38,552 nucleotides of DNA from Ignavibacteriales bacterium (GCA_003142915.1 PLNZ01000273.1:1-38552); one strand, 5' to 3'; shown: positions 16,914-26,478, counted from the stretch's first letter. Program-made: numbers and translations. Notes: generated by a model not told the origin, from the letters alone.

Positions 16914-17357
16914 TTAAAATAATATTTCCGCAGCATCTTTTAAGCTTTTTTCATTGTTAAGTCTTTCACTTCGCTCTTCTAACATACCCTTTTCCTTACG
17001 TAAAGGATACGCGATATTAGCATATTCAGAGTTAAATTTTTCATATAATTCTGAAAAATCTTTCCCATCAAGTATTAACGTTCTATTTAATAAATCCACA
17101 CAAATTTCGTGTCCGTCTATGTTGCCTTCTAATTTCCATTCAATCAACCCTGGACAATTTGGATCATCGCTATTCTTGCTAATATCATTAATGAAACCTT
17201 TTTTACCTTTTTTTTCTAAAGCAGCAAGCATTTTTTCGCGCATTTTAGAAAGTTTTGATAGTTCTGGTTCGTCTTTCATTACTTCATCGGCTACTCCTTT
17301 CATTCGTTGTTGGTCCATTCCTTTAGGGAATGTAGGGAATGATTCGCGTTTATCCAT
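16914..17357 (-). CDS. Hypothetical protein (cargo 3, 147 aa)
   Basis: Unique ORF between modules, divergent from the next MLTLEQ promoter. The overlapping plus-strand ORF is judged a shadow. Confidence 0.55.
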   Translation of the reverse strand: MDKRESFPTFPKGMDQQRMKGVADEVMKDEPELSKLSKMREKMLAALEKKGKKGFINDISKNSDDPNCPGLIEWKLEGNIDGHEICVDLLNRTLILDGKDFSELYEKFNSEYANIAYPLRKEKGMLEERSERLNNEKSLKDAAEILF

Positions 17358-17464
17358 AGTTATTAGTTATATTAATTATTAATTTATTAATTTTATTATA
17401 ACAGTTGCATAATCCTTAGCAAGCACAGGCTAGACGTGCCTTTGCATAAACTTAATGTCTCAAA

Positions 17465-18041
17465 ATGTCACAAAATCCACCCGAACTCGCTATAATGAAA
17501 ATAGAGGTTGAATAATAATTAATAAAATAATCCATGCTAACCTTGGAACAAGCCAAAGAATTGTTGGATGATCCTACTTTGTCGGATGAAGAGGTCTTGG
17601 AAATTCGAGACCAGCTCTATAGTCTGGCTGAGATCATTTACGAGCAATGGCAAGCAGACATGGCGAAAAAAAAGAAGCTTAGGCTTGAAGAAAAAACTCA
17701 CTCGGAGAATCTGCCTACCAGCAGCCCTGAATATCCCCCGCTAGTTAGCGCATAACCAAGCCAAGATAACATACTAAAGAAAAGAAGCCTCATAAAAGAG
17801 ACCTCTGTTTCGTGGTGGTCTTTGCGTTCGCCCATTGGAACCAGCTTTTGGCCGAATTGCGAGAATGGGAGAAAATAAAGCAGGGTTTTGGCCTTGCTTT
17901 ATAGGAAATTTCGCAAACTTAATAACTGTTTTATTATAAACTACAAAAATCAAATCGGCAAGAGATAGTATAAGGATAACGGATTATGCTATTAATAATA
18001 AAACGGACTGTCCTATCGTGGATTAGCCCGTTTCAATTTTT
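17465..18041 (+). repeat. Conserved module copy 3
   Basis: Box at 17465, ORF at 17534-17755. Fragment 17812-17904 encodes VVFAFAHWNQLLAELREWEKIKQGFGLAL-stop. Tail carries a ~35-nt substitution, then the hairpin at 18003-18041. Confidence 0.85.
17534..17755 (+). CDS. MLTLEQ-family small protein
   Basis: 73 aa paralog. Its C-terminus SENLPTSSPEYPPLVSA is shared with the 18884 copy. Confidence 0.8.
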   Translation: MLTLEQAKELLDDPTLSDEEVLEIRDQLYSLAEIIYEQWQADMAKKKKLRLEEKTHSENLPTSSPEYPPLVSA

Positions 18042-18126
18042 ATATTTACCTTAGCTAGATATGCGTTATTATCGGATGTAATTAAAATTTTTATCCTCCT
18101 TATTAAAAATTATTTGGGACTATTTT

Positions 18127-18762
18127 TTAATTTATGAATTGAAAAGATTTTGCAAAATTTCTGATAATATTGATTTTTTCCTCTGCTTTGACATCGGCAC
18201 CATTATTTTCTGGATAAAAAGCGTCCACGTTTAAGCAAAAAGAATTAAATTGAAACAATTTGGTTGCAGAAAGATTTGAATATTCTTTTGATTGAGCACG
18301 AATAGTATCAAAAGATTTTTTCCACTTATTGATATCTGTAGTAACCTCGTATCCATTTAAAACGGCTTTGTTGCAATCCTCTGATCCATCAAGAACAAAT
18401 TCAAAAATTTTATAGTCATTTGGTGAATTACTAATGTTGAAGTCATTTTTGAAGTCATAATTTGAAAAAGCAATTCTTCTTTTCCATCCACCATCATTTG
18501 GTCCAATCGGCAGACTTTCTTCCAAAAACCATCCTTTTGGATATTGTGCTGAAAATTTATATAACTCATCAATATATGTATTATCATTTTCCGTATGCCA
18601 GGTCTGTTTATTTATACTACTTTCTTTTTGCGGGGATATGTTATCCGGTATTGCTGTCATATTATTTCCATTTTCGCCCTGCATCCAAAATAATAGTCCA
18701 ACAAAAATTGCCAAGAGTAAAATAATTCCGATTGCAATTTCACTAGCGATTTTTTTGTTCAT
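18127..18762 (-). CDS. Membrane-anchored hypothetical protein (cargo 4)
   Basis: ATG 18762 gives MNKKIASEIAIGIILLLAIFVGLLFWMQ (N-terminal TM or signal anchor), followed by a soluble domain. No family recognised. Confidence 0.6.
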   Translation of the reverse strand: MNKKIASEIAIGIILLLAIFVGLLFWMQGENGNNMTAIPDNISPQKESSINKQTWHTENDNTYIDELYKFSAQYPKGWFLEESLPIGPNDGGWKRRIAFSNYDFKNDFNISNSPNDYKIFEFVLDGSEDCNKAVLNGYEVTTDINKWKKSFDTIRAQSKEYSNLSATKLFQFNSFCLNVDAFYPENNGADVKAEEKINIIRNFAKSFQFIN

Positions 18763-18814
18763 TTTTTTGTATTTAATAAATAAGATACACCAATATTTTA
18801 CCATGTAATTCTAA

Positions 18815-19260
18815 ATGTCACAAAACTCCCCCAAACTCGCTATAATGAAAATAGAGGTTGAATAATAATTAATCAAATAATCCATGCTAACCTTGGAACA
18901 AGCCAAAGAATTGTTGGATGATCCTACTTTGTCGGATGAAGAGGTCTTGGAAATTCGAGACCAGCTTTACTCGCTGGCTGAGATCATATTTGAGCAATGG
19001 CAAATAGACATGGCAAAAGAAAGAAAGCGTAGGCTTGAAGAAAAAACTCACTCGGAGAACCTGCCTACCAGCAGCCCTGAATATCCCCCGCTAGTTAGCG
19101 CATAACCAAGCCAAGATAACATATTAAAAAAAGAAGCCTCATAAAAGAGACCTCTGTTTCGTGGTGGGCTACTCGCTCACCCATTGGAACCAGATTATCA
19201 CGGAATTGAAACACTGGCAAGAGTTGAGGGAGAGTTTTTTGCTTAATGCATAGGAAAAAG
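18815..19260 (+). repeat. Conserved module copy 4 (type-2 recombinase fragment, no tail)
   Basis: Box at 18815, ORF at 18884-19105. Divergent fragment 19161-19253 encodes VVGYSLTHWNQIITELKHWQELRESFLLNA-stop. Homology ends at GGAAAAA. Confidence 0.8.
18884..19105 (+). CDS. MLTLEQ-family small protein
   Basis: 73 aa paralog. Confidence 0.8.
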   Translation: MLTLEQAKELLDDPTLSDEEVLEIRDQLYSLAEIIFEQWQIDMAKERKRRLEEKTHSENLPTSSPEYPPLVSA

Positions 19261-19694
19261 AGCAAGAGAGGCCCGGTTAGAGCTGAATCGTACTGTTTTA
19301 TTCGCAAAACCATTTCAAAAACGCAATATAACCAAAACCAACCAAAGCTTAAACACGCCTTATTTTTTATTACTGTTTGATGTGATGCTGGAAACGGCGG
19401 TAAAAAAGGCGAAGATGTCTATCGCCTGACATGAGTTGGACATCATCGAGAGCCAGATGAAGGAGTAGGCATTCTTCAGTTTAACTCAGAGGGTGTCCCG
19501 GACGGGATGAATCTACGAACTGGGAACTGTCCTTGCCTATCAGCCCGACACGGCCAAAATCAAGCGCTAAGCAATCAAAAGACCAGTCCCTTGATGGAAA
19601 GCCAAATAGCCAGCAGACTATGTGGCATGGATAAGACGGGACTAATTGTAAGATTAACTTGACAGTTTAGCTGTCTATATGATATGATAGTTTT

Positions 19695-20132
19695 ATGTCA
19701 TCGTCCAAACACATCGAAACAGCAGCTACCGAACTGACGCTTGCCTTGGGTTCCCTCATGAGGCGCGTTCGGGCGACAGCTCCATCAGAATTGAATGAGA
19801 TGTCATGGACTCAAAAGTCCGTCATCGTTCGCCTTGATAAAGACGGCCCGGCAACCGCTGCAGACCTTGCGCGTGCCGAGGGAGTAAAGTCGCAGTCCAT
19901 GGGAACGGCCCTTGCAACGCTTGAAAAAATGGGGCTGGTCGAGCGCAAGGCACACCCCACTGACGGTCGCCGGATGAACATTGTTTTGACCGCCAAAGGT
20001 AAGACCATGCGCAAAAATACGCGAGAGGCCAAGCATACCTGGTTGGCTCACGCTATAGAAAAACTCGACAAGAAAGAGCAGGAAAAGCTGTTCGCGGCGG
20101 GTGAAGTCATAAAAAAACTTGTCGATCTATGA
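19695..20132 (+). CDS. MarR-family transcriptional regulator
   Basis: 145 aa. Winged-helix region TQKSVIVRLDKDGPATAADLARAEGVKSQSMGTALATLEKMGLVERKAHPTDGRR is typical of MarR. TTGACA-N18-TATGAT ends 6 nt before the ATG, so the mRNA may be leaderless. The segment is GC-richer. Confidence 0.8.
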   Translation: MSSSKHIETAATELTLALGSLMRRVRATAPSELNEMSWTQKSVIVRLDKDGPATAADLARAEGVKSQSMGTALATLEKMGLVERKAHPTDGRRMNIVLTAKGKTMRKNTREAKHTWLAHAIEKLDKKEQEKLFAAGEVIKKLVDL

Positions 20133-20220
20133 GGATTTCTTTTTCTCATGCGTGGCGCGCATTACCACTACGGATGCGTTTATCTCTGAACAGGAATAAC
20201 CAATTTAGGAGGAACTCAAT

Positions 20221-20565
20221 ATGAACTGGGCAAACTATATCTCTTATTTTTTTGGAGGAGCTTTCCTCGCCAACGCCATCCCGCATATTGTCAGCGGAAT
20301 GACGGGGCGTCCTTTTCAAAGCCCCTTTGCCAAGCCACCGGGTCAGGGACTCTCTTCTTCGACCGTAAACGTGCTTTGGGGTGTCCTCAACTTCGCGTTT
20401 TCTTATGTCCTGATCTGTCAGGTCGGAGAGTTCAGCTTACGCTCTACGACCCATGTGGCGGTCCTGGGATTGGGTTTTCTTCTTATGGGCTTGATGAGTG
20501 CGCGCAACTTCGGTCGTTTCCACGGCGGCAACTCCCCCAAGGATTCAAATGCCAGGTCCCGTTGA
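20221..20565 (+). CDS. Small integral membrane protein (114 aa)
   Basis: AGGAGG upstream and about 3 hydrophobic spans. No family recognised. Confidence 0.55.
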   Translation: MNWANYISYFFGGAFLANAIPHIVSGMTGRPFQSPFAKPPGQGLSSSTVNVLWGVLNFAFSYVLICQVGEFSLRSTTHVAVLGLGFLLMGLMSARNFGRFHGGNSPKDSNARSR

Positions 20566-20587
20566 AGCCCATCGTGACTCCGATCGG

Positions 20588-20725
20588 CTCGATCCATTGA
20601 TTTGGAAGATCAGTTCCATTGCAGTGCCCGGTTCTTTTCTGTCCCAACTGGATGCTACCGTCGTCAATGTTTCCCTTTCCAGCCTTGCCGTCACGTTCCA
20701 CGGCAGCCTTTCGGCGATTCAACAA
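20588..20725 (+). pseudogene. Remnant of an MFS (DHA2/EmrB-QacA-like) transporter N-terminus
   Basis: LDPLIWKISSIAVPGSFLSQLDATVVNVSLSSLA matches the LDxT(I/V)VNV(A/S)LP signature of the TM1 region of DHA2 exporters. Only about 45 codons remain and the frame then decays. Confidence 0.45.
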
Positions 20726-20872
20726 CCAGCATCAGCGACACGTTATCCATCCGAGCCGTATGGCGGTCGAGGTGTTAAACTCACCAATTAGGAAGTGGCA
20801 CCCGGTAGCTTCCAGCAAGGTCATACCCAAAATCATAATATAAAAAAAATTATAACTTATAACCGATACTGA

Positions 20873-22642
20873 ATGTTTAAACTTTTAAAATACTTAAAAC
20901 CATACACTCTTCAGTTGATCATGCTAATCGCTTTGGTTTTTGGTACAGTCGTGGCAACCCTTCAATTGCCGGATTACATGGCTACGATTATTGACAAAGG
21001 TATTGTTAATTCGAATACTAGTGTAATTTTTCATAGCGGACTTTTAATGCTTCTGGTCGCTTTTGGTGGCGGTATTTGTACCATCGGAATCGGTTTTTTA
21101 TCTTCAAAAATTGCAACCGGATTTTGCCGGGATATTCGAAACAAGGTATTTTCCCGTGTAGAAAGTTTTTCATTGGTTGAATTTAATAAATTTTCAACCG
21201 CTTCTTTAATAACTCGTTCGACTAACGATGTTCAACAAATCCAAACAGTAATGGTTTTGCTTCTTAGAATAGTCCTTCAAGCTCCAATTATGGGAATTTG
21301 GGCGATTTTCAAAGCATATAATTTGGCATCATCACTTTCATGGATAATGGCTCTGGCTGTTGCTGTTGTGCTTGGAGTGATTTTTGTAATGTTTGCCGTT
21401 GCCATACCAAAATTCAAGATTTTACAAAAACTGGTGGATCGACTCAATCTTGTAACCAGGGAAAATTTGACCGGCTTGCGTGTCATTCGCGCCTTTAATA
21501 ATGAAAAAATTGAACAGGAAAAATTTGAAAAAGCCAATGTTGATTTAACAGAAGCCAATCTTTTTGTAAACCGATTGATGGTGGTGATACAACCGGCTAT
21601 GATGTTAATTTTAAACTTGGCCTCAGTACTAATCGTTTGGATGGGATCGCACCTAATTAACTCCGGTAATTTGGGAATCGGCAATATGATTGCGTTTATG
21701 CAATATACAATGCAAGTGATCATGGCCTTCTTGATAATTTCACTTGCTTTCATTATGGTTCCGCGCGCTTCGGTTTCAGCTGAAAGAGTCAATGAAGTGA
21801 TTGATACAGAGCCGATTATTAAAGATCCTAAAAAACCAATTTCTACTAAGAATCTCCACGGCGGGATGGTTGAATTTAACAATGTCACTTTTTGTTATCC
21901 CGGTGCCGATACGCCAGTTTTAAAAAATATTTCTTTTAAAGCAAATTCTGGAGAGACAACTGCCATTATCGGCTCAACTGGTTCGGGTAAGTCAACTTTG
22001 ATAAATTTAATTCCGCGATTTTACGATATAAATTCAGGCGAAATTATTATTGACGGAGTTGATGTGCGCAAATATAAACTTGAAGACCTATATGCCAAAA
22101 TTGGCTATGTACCGCAAAAGGGAGTTTTGTTTTCCGGAACAGTGGAATCAAATATCAAATACGGTGCGCCAAATGCGACCAACGATGAAGTAAAAAAATT
22201 CTCTGAGATTTCACAAGCGGAAGAATTCATAAACAATCTTGACGGTAAATTTAATGCTTCAATTGCTGAAGGCGGATCTAATATTTCCGGCGGTCAAAAG
22301 CAACGACTTGCGATTGCGCGAGCCATTGCCAGAAAACCGGAGATTTATATTTTTGACGACAGTTTCTCATCGCTTGATTTTAAAACGGATGCGATGCTTC
22401 GCCAGGCATTGAAGAGCGAAACCGAACATAAAACAGTGTTAATTGTTGCACAGAGAATTTCCACTATTTTATCGGCAGAAAAAATTATCGTTTTGGACGA
22501 GGGTAAGATTGTGGGTGTTGGAACTCATCAGCAATTATTCAAAGATTGCGGCATTTATCGTGAAATCGCTTACTCACAACTTTCGGAAAACGAATTGAAA
22601 TCTTATCAAATTAACATTGACCGTGAGAAAGCCAAAAATTAA
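20873..22642 (+). CDS. ABC exporter half-transporter (TMD-NBD), degenerate-site subunit
   Basis: Six-TM N-half. Walker A GSTGSGKST, signature ISGGQKQR. Walker B IYIFDD is followed by Asp instead of the catalytic Glu. Confidence 0.9.
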   Translation: MFKLLKYLKPYTLQLIMLIALVFGTVVATLQLPDYMATIIDKGIVNSNTSVIFHSGLLMLLVAFGGGICTIGIGFLSSKIATGFCRDIRNKVFSRVESFSLVEFNKFSTASLITRSTNDVQQIQTVMVLLLRIVLQAPIMGIWAIFKAYNLASSLSWIMALAVAVVLGVIFVMFAVAIPKFKILQKLVDRLNLVTRENLTGLRVIRAFNNEKIEQEKFEKANVDLTEANLFVNRLMVVIQPAMMLILNLASVLIVWMGSHLINSGNLGIGNMIAFMQYTMQVIMAFLIISLAFIMVPRASVSAERVNEVIDTEPIIKDPKKPISTKNLHGGMVEFNNVTFCYPGADTPVLKNISFKANSGETTAIIGSTGSGKSTLINLIPRFYDINSGEIIIDGVDVRKYKLEDLYAKIGYVPQKGVLFSGTVESNIKYGAPNATNDEVKKFSEISQAEEFINNLDGKFNASIAEGGSNISGGQKQRLAIARAIARKPEIYIFDDSFSSLDFKTDAMLRQALKSETEHKTVLIVAQRISTILSAEKIIVLDEGKIVGVGTHQQLFKDCGIYREIAYSQLSENELKSYQINIDREKAKN

Positions 22643-22646
22643 AAAC

Positions 22647-24518
22647 ATGAGCGAAAATCCTAAATTACAATCAACAAATATTCGAGCAAGTCAACCAAAA
22701 TCATCGCTGCCAATCGGTCCGGGTAGATCCGGGCGTGAAATCGGGCTGATTGAAAAGCCGAAAAACTTCTCGGCAACAATGAAAAAACTGGTTTCCTATA
22801 CCAGTCCATTTTGGGTTTCAATAATTTTTGTCCTTTTTTTTGCTATCGCCAGCACGGTTTTTGCTGTTGTAAGTCCTAAAATTCTCGGCAATATGACCAA
22901 TCAAGTTGTCAACGGTTTTATCGCTAAGGCAATCAATTTTGACAAGCTGAAGGATTTCGCTATCGAACTTTCGATTCTTTATATTCTGAGCTCGATTTTC
23001 AGTTACATCCAAGGATGGATTATGACCGGCGTATCGCAGAAGATAACTTATCGATTCCGCCGCGACATTTCCGAAAAAATCAACCGTCTCCCTTTGGCAT
23101 ATTTTGACAAAAGAACTTTCGGCGAGGTTTTATCGCGAGTGACAAATGATGTTGATACTATGAGTCAGACCCTAAATCAAAACTTGACTCAAATTGTCAC
23201 CTCAGTCACGATGATCATCGGGATCCTGATTATGATGTTTTCAATCTCATGGCAAATGACTCTCGTTTCGCTAATACTGGTTCCACTTAGTTTTATTTTA
23301 ATGGCCGTAATCGTTAAAAAATCACAGCACTATTTCAAAGAACAACAGGACTCCCTTGGTGAAATCAATGGTCATATCGAAGAGATGTATGCTGGCCATA
23401 ACGTGATGAGAGTTTTTAATGGAGAACAACGATCAATCCAGAAGTTTGAAAAAATTAATACAAAACTTTATTGCAGTGCTTGGATGTCACAATTTTTATC
23501 CGGGTTAATGATGCCGATCACGACCTTCGTCGGCAATTTGGGTTTTGTGGGAGTCTCGGTGCTTGGTGGATGGTTGGTCATTCAAGGCAAAATACAGATC
23601 GGTGATATTCAGGCATTTATTCAATACGTCAACCAGTTCAATCAGCCAATCGTTCAATCGGCAAGTATCGCCAATGTGATGCAGTCAACGGCCGCTGCAG
23701 CTGAACGTGTGTTTGAATTTTTGGATGAGAAAGAAGAAGCTGTCGAAGATTCAAAAAAAGTTGTGCCAAAAAATATGAATGGGAAAGTGGACTTTGATAA
23801 AGTAGTATTTGGTTATGACCCAGATAAAATCATTATTTGGGACTTTAATGCCAACATTAAACCAGGACAAAGAATTGCTATTGTCGGTCCAACTGGCGCA
23901 GGCAAGACTACAATCGTAAATCTATTAATGCGATTTTATGATGTTAATGTGGGCGCAATCAAAATTGACGGAGTTGACACTCGTAACATGAAACGAGTAG
24001 AGGTCAGAAAATTATTTGGTATGGTATTACAAGACACATGGTTATTTAATGGAACAATCCGTGAAAACATCGCTTACGGCAAACCGGATGCAACTGATGA
24101 GGAGATAGTCGCTGCATCCCAAGCTGCTCATGCAGATCATTTTATTCACGCCTTGCCTCAGGGTTATGATTTAAAATTGAATGAAGAAGCTGATAATATT
24201 TCTCAAGGCGAGAAGCAATTGTTAACAATAGCTAGGGCGATGCTGATCAAGGCTCCAATGTTAATATTAGACGAGGCAACGAGTTCAGTTGATACACGTA
24301 CCGAACTTTTAATCCAAAAAGCGATGGAAAACTTAATGAAAGGTAAAACAAGTTTTGTTATTGCCCACCGTCTTTCAACAATTCGCGATGCCGATTTGAT
24401 TTTAGTAATGAAGGATGGAAGTATTATCGAGCAAGGAAATCATAAAGAATTGCTAGCTGAAAAAGGTTTTTATGAATCATTATACAACAGTCAATTTGTT
24501 GCTAGTTCGGTAGAATAA
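22647..24518 (+). CDS. ABC exporter half-transporter (TMD-NBD), consensus-site subunit
   Basis: Walker A GPTGAGKTT, Walker B MLILDEATS, deviant signature ISQGEKQ. ATG 22647 lies 4 nt after the upstream stop. Confidence 0.9.
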   Translation: MSENPKLQSTNIRASQPKSSLPIGPGRSGREIGLIEKPKNFSATMKKLVSYTSPFWVSIIFVLFFAIASTVFAVVSPKILGNMTNQVVNGFIAKAINFDKLKDFAIELSILYILSSIFSYIQGWIMTGVSQKITYRFRRDISEKINRLPLAYFDKRTFGEVLSRVTNDVDTMSQTLNQNLTQIVTSVTMIIGILIMMFSISWQMTLVSLILVPLSFILMAVIVKKSQHYFKEQQDSLGEINGHIEEMYAGHNVMRVFNGEQRSIQKFEKINTKLYCSAWMSQFLSGLMMPITTFVGNLGFVGVSVLGGWLVIQGKIQIGDIQAFIQYVNQFNQPIVQSASIANVMQSTAAAAERVFEFLDEKEEAVEDSKKVVPKNMNGKVDFDKVVFGYDPDKIIIWDFNANIKPGQRIAIVGPTGAGKTTIVNLLMRFYDVNVGAIKIDGVDTRNMKRVEVRKLFGMVLQDTWLFNGTIRENIAYGKPDATDEEIVAASQAAHADHFIHALPQGYDLKLNEEADNISQGEKQLLTIARAMLIKAPMLILDEATSSVDTRTELLIQKAMENLMKGKTSFVIAHRLSTIRDADLILVMKDGSIIEQGNHKELLAEKGFYESLYNSQFVASSVE

Positions 24519-24647
24519 AATAACCCCATACTTTTAATTTGTTTCTGAACTAAGTCGAATAATTCTTTAGTAATTAACGCCCCATGTGCCACCGAGGTGT
24601 TGATCTCACCACTAAATAGACGGGAAATTTCTTAACAAAATTAAATT

Positions 24648-25056
24648 ATGACTCTTAAAATATTTGAACTTATAAGCATTATTCTGTCGGATCTGGTCGG
24701 CGGTATGTACTGGGGGCCGTGGCTAGGCTTTGAGTCGGTCGTTTAAAACATTTAAGCCGGAGGTGTTTTTGGATATCGTAGATCGGATGAATAAAAACAT
24801 GGGGCCACTCATGACCATTTTGACGCCGGTTGCCCTATTGTCGATAGTTCCGGTTCTATTTATTTCATACAATCAGCGACCTTTAACTTTCTATTTGTAC
24901 TTAATGGGATTGGTTTTGTTTATCCTTGCCCTGGTTGTAACAGTGATTATTGAAGTTCCTATAGTCAAACAAATCGGTACATGGACGGTTTCGACATTAC
25001 CGCACAACTGGCACACATCAGACGCATTGGTTGGAGAAAAATTATGCTTGAATTGA
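24648..25056 (+). pseudogene. Small multi-TM membrane protein gene (DUF1772-like, tentative), frameshifted and 3-prime truncated
   Basis: ATG 24648 reads MTLKIFELISIILSDLVGGMYWGPWLG and then stops. Removing one T from the TTT at 24729-24731 fuses it to LSRSFKTFKPEVFLDIV... (the 24730 ORF). The 3-prime end runs into the module fragment at 25050. Confidence 0.5.
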
Positions 25057-25107
25057 AACAGTGGAAAGAATTGAGGGAGAGTTTTTTGCTTAATGCATAG
25101 GAAAAAT
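25050..25107 (+). repeat. Partial module copy 5 (type-2 recombinase 3-prime fragment only)
   Basis: GAATTGAAACAGTGGAAAGAATTGAGGGAGAGTTTTTTGCTTAATGCATAGGAAAAA matches 19203-19259 with 3 mismatches (..ELKQWKELRESFLLNA-stop). Confidence 0.8.
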
Positions 25108-25219
25108 TCTTTTTTAATTATTTTCTCCCATACATTATATGTTATGTGTTTGTGTTCCGTTTGGGTTTATGTTTATGGCAAGACGTGAGAGAGTGTTTTT
25201 TTATTTGATTTCTAAAAAA

Positions 25220-26314
25220 TTATCCTTTTGAAACCTTTCTATATTTCGTGCTTCTACCAAGCCCGATTCTTTCTATTTTTTTCAGTTTAAGTAATACTTC
25301 CAATGCCTGTTTGACGGTCGGTCGCGGAATTTTTGTTTCACGGGCAATTTCTCCTGTTCCAGCTGTATTAACATGTTCAAAAAAATCCCAGACTATAAGT
25401 TGTTTTTCTGATAATATTTTCTCTATATTTTCTTTCGACAAAAATTCAATCGCCGTTTTGGATTGCTGCAATAAAATTGTAAAAAAGAAATTGAGCCACG
25501 GAGCAACATCTTCCTTTTTAGTGTGAAAAGTCTTCTGGCTGCGCCTGAGCGCGAGATAATACTCTGCCTTGTTTTCTTCTATGAGTTTTTCGTGGGAAAC
25601 ATAAGGCATATAAAGATAGCCGCTTTGCAACAATAGCAAGTTTGTCAGAATCCTGGAAATTCTACCGTTGCCATCCTGAAAAGGATGAATTTTTAAAAAT
25701 TCAACTAAAAAATTGGCAATCACCAGCAACGGATGATATTTTTTTTGAGCTAACAATAGATTGGTTGATTCTACAAGTTCCATCATTTCTTTCGATGTAA
25801 GATGAGGAGGAGTTGGATTAAAAATTATTCCAACTTCCTTGCCTTGATTGTCATAGGCCACAACTTTATTTTCGCCGAACTTGTATTCACCCAGATGTCT
25901 TTGGTCTTTGTCGGAATATTTTAGAAGCTCCTTATGAAAATGCTTGATTGAGCTTTCACTAAATTTCAAATTTTTCCATGAATTAAAAATGTTTTCCAAA
26001 AGTTCATAATAACCTCTAACTTCTTGTTTGTCTCGATCAGCAAATTTTTGAATTTTTATGCCGCGCATCACTTTCTCAATATCTTCATCTGAAAGCTGCG
26101 CCCCTTCAATGCGAGTGGAGGCACCAGTCGAGGTTATTAAAACAGAACGTTTAAGACGTCCGAGAACTTGCGGATTTAGCTGAGCGCCTGTTATCCAACT
26201 TCCTTTTAATTCATCAATTTTGGCAATCTTTGAAATTATTTCCGTTGGAATTATATTGAGCCGTTTTGAAAATTTCTTTTCAATAACACTGCTTTTTTTC
26301 AATTTTTTGTTCAT
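25220..26314 (-). CDS. Fic-family protein (AMPylase/toxin-type) with C-terminal wHTH
   Basis: 364 aa with the canonical Fic motif HPFQDGNGRISR. Confidence 0.9.
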   Translation of the reverse strand: MNKKLKKSSVIEKKFSKRLNIIPTEIISKIAKIDELKGSWITGAQLNPQVLGRLKRSVLITSTGASTRIEGAQLSDEDIEKVMRGIKIQKFADRDKQEVRGYYELLENIFNSWKNLKFSESSIKHFHKELLKYSDKDQRHLGEYKFGENKVVAYDNQGKEVGIIFNPTPPHLTSKEMMELVESTNLLLAQKKYHPLLVIANFLVEFLKIHPFQDGNGRISRILTNLLLLQSGYLYMPYVSHEKLIEENKAEYYLALRRSQKTFHTKKEDVAPWLNFFFTILLQQSKTAIEFLSKENIEKILSEKQLIVWDFFEHVNTAGTGEIARETKIPRPTVKQALEVLLKLKKIERIGLGRSTKYRKVSKG

Positions 26315-26478
26315 AATAATTGGATATAATTAACTATATCCAATTATATCCAATTAAACTATTGCCGTCAAATATGGTAATAATAAAAAGTAAAGTAAAG
26401 GGTCAGTAAAGAAATAAATATTCTAAATATTTTTAAAGGCAATAGAAAAAAGAGGCTTATGTAAGCCATAAAACGATT

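Noticed and set aside
14886-19260. Regularly spaced repeats that could superficially suggest a CRISPR array
   Set aside because: The repeat units are about 450-580 bp and contain an ORF and a gene fragment. The spacers are 0.5-0.9 kb and contain whole genes. No short 25-40 bp repeats and no cas genes are present.
20376-20843. Cluster of overlapping 74-97-aa ORFs on both strands
   Set aside because: These are artefacts of GC-rich non-coding or decayed DNA. Only the short MFS-like stretch (20588-20725) has recognisable protein signal, and it is called a pseudogene remnant.
21277-21888. 203-aa minus-strand ORF inside the first ABC gene (similar cases: 27279-27599, 33841-34026, 35203-35475)
   Set aside because: It is antisense to a gene with clear Walker and TM features, and its composition is that of a shadow ORF.
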